A DNA stretch of 64,000 bases. It comes from a virus. Lineage: Duplodnaviria; Caudoviricetes. The translations under genes and the position numbers were made by a program. Location: the IMG/VR virus record IMGVR_UViG_2773858068_000002, positions 113-64,112 of that record; one strand, written 5' to 3'. The notes beneath the pieces are model-generated. The model did not search any database. It saw nothing but the letters and a program-made list of their open reading frames with translations, and was not told where the DNA came from. Positions 62,639 through 64,000 of this stretch are shown piece by piece (position 1 is the first letter of the stretch; every line of letters starts with the position of its first letter).

Positions 62639-64000
62639 TCAGCGCATGGCGAACGATTCGCGATGCACTCGCCAGCGGCGCGGCGCGTGGCCTTGCAGCG
62701 CCTCGCCCAGGCCCCGCGGACCGCAGAACCAGATATCCAGCGGCCCGGTTGCGTCGGCCTCCAGGGCCTGGGGCGTGAGGCGTTCGCCCCGCGCATCGCT
62801 GTGCACGGTGAGGGCCACCGGCGGCTGGGCGCTTTCGCACAGGGCGCGCAGGCGGGGCAGCAGCGGATCCGCCTCGGCGTCGCGGGTACAGTAATGCATC
62901 CGCGCGGGCTGCCGGCCGGCGGGCGCCGTGCCGGCGCCGGGTTGGCGCGCCTCCAGCAGCGCGAGGAACGGCGTGACGCCGACGCCGCCCGCCACCCAGA
63001 CCTGCTGCCGCTCGCCCTTGCCCTGGCCGTCGAAGCGGCCGTAGGGGCCTTCGATGTCCACGCGCTGGCCCGCCCGCAGGCGTCGGCTCAGGCTGCGCGT
63101 GTAGTCTCCCAGCGGTTTGATGACGAGGCGCAGCAGGGGCGCGCCGCGCTCGTCGGCGCCCAGGCTGCCGGGCGCGCTGGCGATGGTGAAGGGGTGGGCG
63201 CCTTCGTTGCGGTCGAAGCGCACGAAGGCGAATTGCCCCGCGCGATGCCCGGGCCAATTGGCGGGAAGCGCGCAGATCACCTCGACCGGCGCGCCCTCGC
63301 CGCCGTCGCCGAGGACATGCACCGCATGGATGCGCCCCGCATGGCGCCGCGACTGGCCGATCCAGCCGGCCAGCGACCACAGCGCCGCCACGCTGCCGAG
63401 CGCCAGCAGCGCGCCCATGAGCAGGCCCATCGGGGCGGCCCAGAAGCCCAGGGGCATCAGCGCCACCGTGTGGAACGCCAGGGCCAGGAACAGCAGGGGC
63501 ATGGCGCGGTGCAGAATGCGCCAGGGCTTGTACGACAACAGCCGGGTCAGCAGGGTGATGGCCACCATGGCCAACAACAGGTAGAACGCCCATTCGCCGA
63601 GGTCCTTGGCGGTGCCCCGGAAGTCCGTGAGCCAGGGCAGCACGGCATCCCGACCGGGCCTGGCGGCGGTTCCCCACAGGGTCTTGATCCACCCGCTGGA
63701 TTCCTTGGCTCCCCAATGCAGGATGGCCGTGAGGGCGGCGCCGATGCCGGCCCATTTGTGCAGCCGATAGACCTGGTCCATGCCGCCCAGTGGACGTTCC
63801 AGCCAGGGCAGGCGCAAGGCCAGCAGCAGGGTCAGGGACATCAGGCCGATGCTCCAGAGTCCCGAAAGATACAAGGCGTGCTGGCGTAGTTGCCACCAAC
63901 CCGCGGCGGCGTCCGGCGCGGCCGTGCCGAGCGGCGCGACCGCCAGCCAGGCCAGGGTAATGCCCAGCAGCCAGATGCCGATAGCCATCTTGATACGCAT
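62639..64000 (-). CDS. Ferric-reductase-like transmembrane domain / FAD-NAD binding oxidoreductase
   Basis: TM His pairs (YRLHKW..H, WRILHR..H), HPFTIAS, VDIEGPYG, VWVAGGVGVTPF, WFCGP, terminal ESFAMR. Confidence 0.92.
   Translation of the reverse strand: MRIKMAIGIWLLGITLAWLAVAPLGTAAPDAAAGWWQLRQHALYLSGLWSIGLMSLTLLLALRLPWLERPLGGMDQVYRLHKWAGIGAALTAILHWGAKESSGWIKTLWGTAARPGRDAVLPWLTDFRGTAKDLGEWAFYLLLAMVAITLLTRLLSYKPWRILHRAMPLLFLALAFHTVALMPLGFWAAPMGLLMGALLALGSVAALWSLAGWIGQSRRHAGRIHAVHVLGDGGEGAPVEVICALPANWPGHRAGQFAFVRFDRNEGAHPFTIASAPGSLGADERGAPLLRLVIKPLGDYTRSLSRRLRAGQRVDIEGPYGRFDGQGKGERQQVWVAGGVGVTPFLALLEARQPGAGTAPAGRQPARMHYCTRDAEADPLLPRLRALCESAQPPVALTVHSDARGERLTPQALEADATGPLDIWFCGPRGLGEALQGHAPRRWRVHRESFAMR

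Overview
Positions 1-59072 are an apparently intact temperate prophage of about 59 kb. The integrase C-terminus and attL lie just left of the window. The host is GC-rich and probably an Alcaligenaceae-type betaproteobacterium (inference from gene families). The layout is lambdoid. A leftward early arm carries a P4-family integrase, Xis, DUF5131, DEDDh exonuclease, Rad50-like ATPase, RdgC, RecT and a PD-(D/E)XK exonuclease. The immunity region has cI/cro, five palindromic operators and two lipoprotein genes at the rex position. A rightward early arm carries a C5 MTase, a nuclease, an N6A MTase, an O-like initiator with an internal origin, RusA and a Q-like regulator. The late operon is podovirus-type and 933W/phi24B-like: TerS, TerL, portal, scaffold, N4-gp56-like capsid, adaptors, fibres, ejection proteins and a 2719-aa polyvalent protein, with no tape measure. 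Lysis genes are split into two loci. A small accessory cassette (SRAP, a LexA-boxed gene, a CrpP-related gene) precedes attR, which looks like a duplicated tRNA 3' end (probably tRNA-Val). Right of attR are host or accessory genes: a cold-shock protein, small hypotheticals including a tandem paralogue pair, and a ferric-reductase-like oxidoreductase. The strongest leads are four: (i) a CI with no autocleavage domain paired with a remote LexA-controlled 97-aa gene that may be a new antirepressor; (ii) the giant ejected polyvalent protein; (iii) a probable ejection protein fused to a self-cleaving S74 chaperone, next to a DDxxD protein; (iv) an MTase-nuclease-MTase triad whose C5 MTase has six tandem internal repeats. 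All domain calls come from motif recognition by eye, not database searches. Many start codons were re-picked from RBS and coupling evidence and differ from the ORF track.
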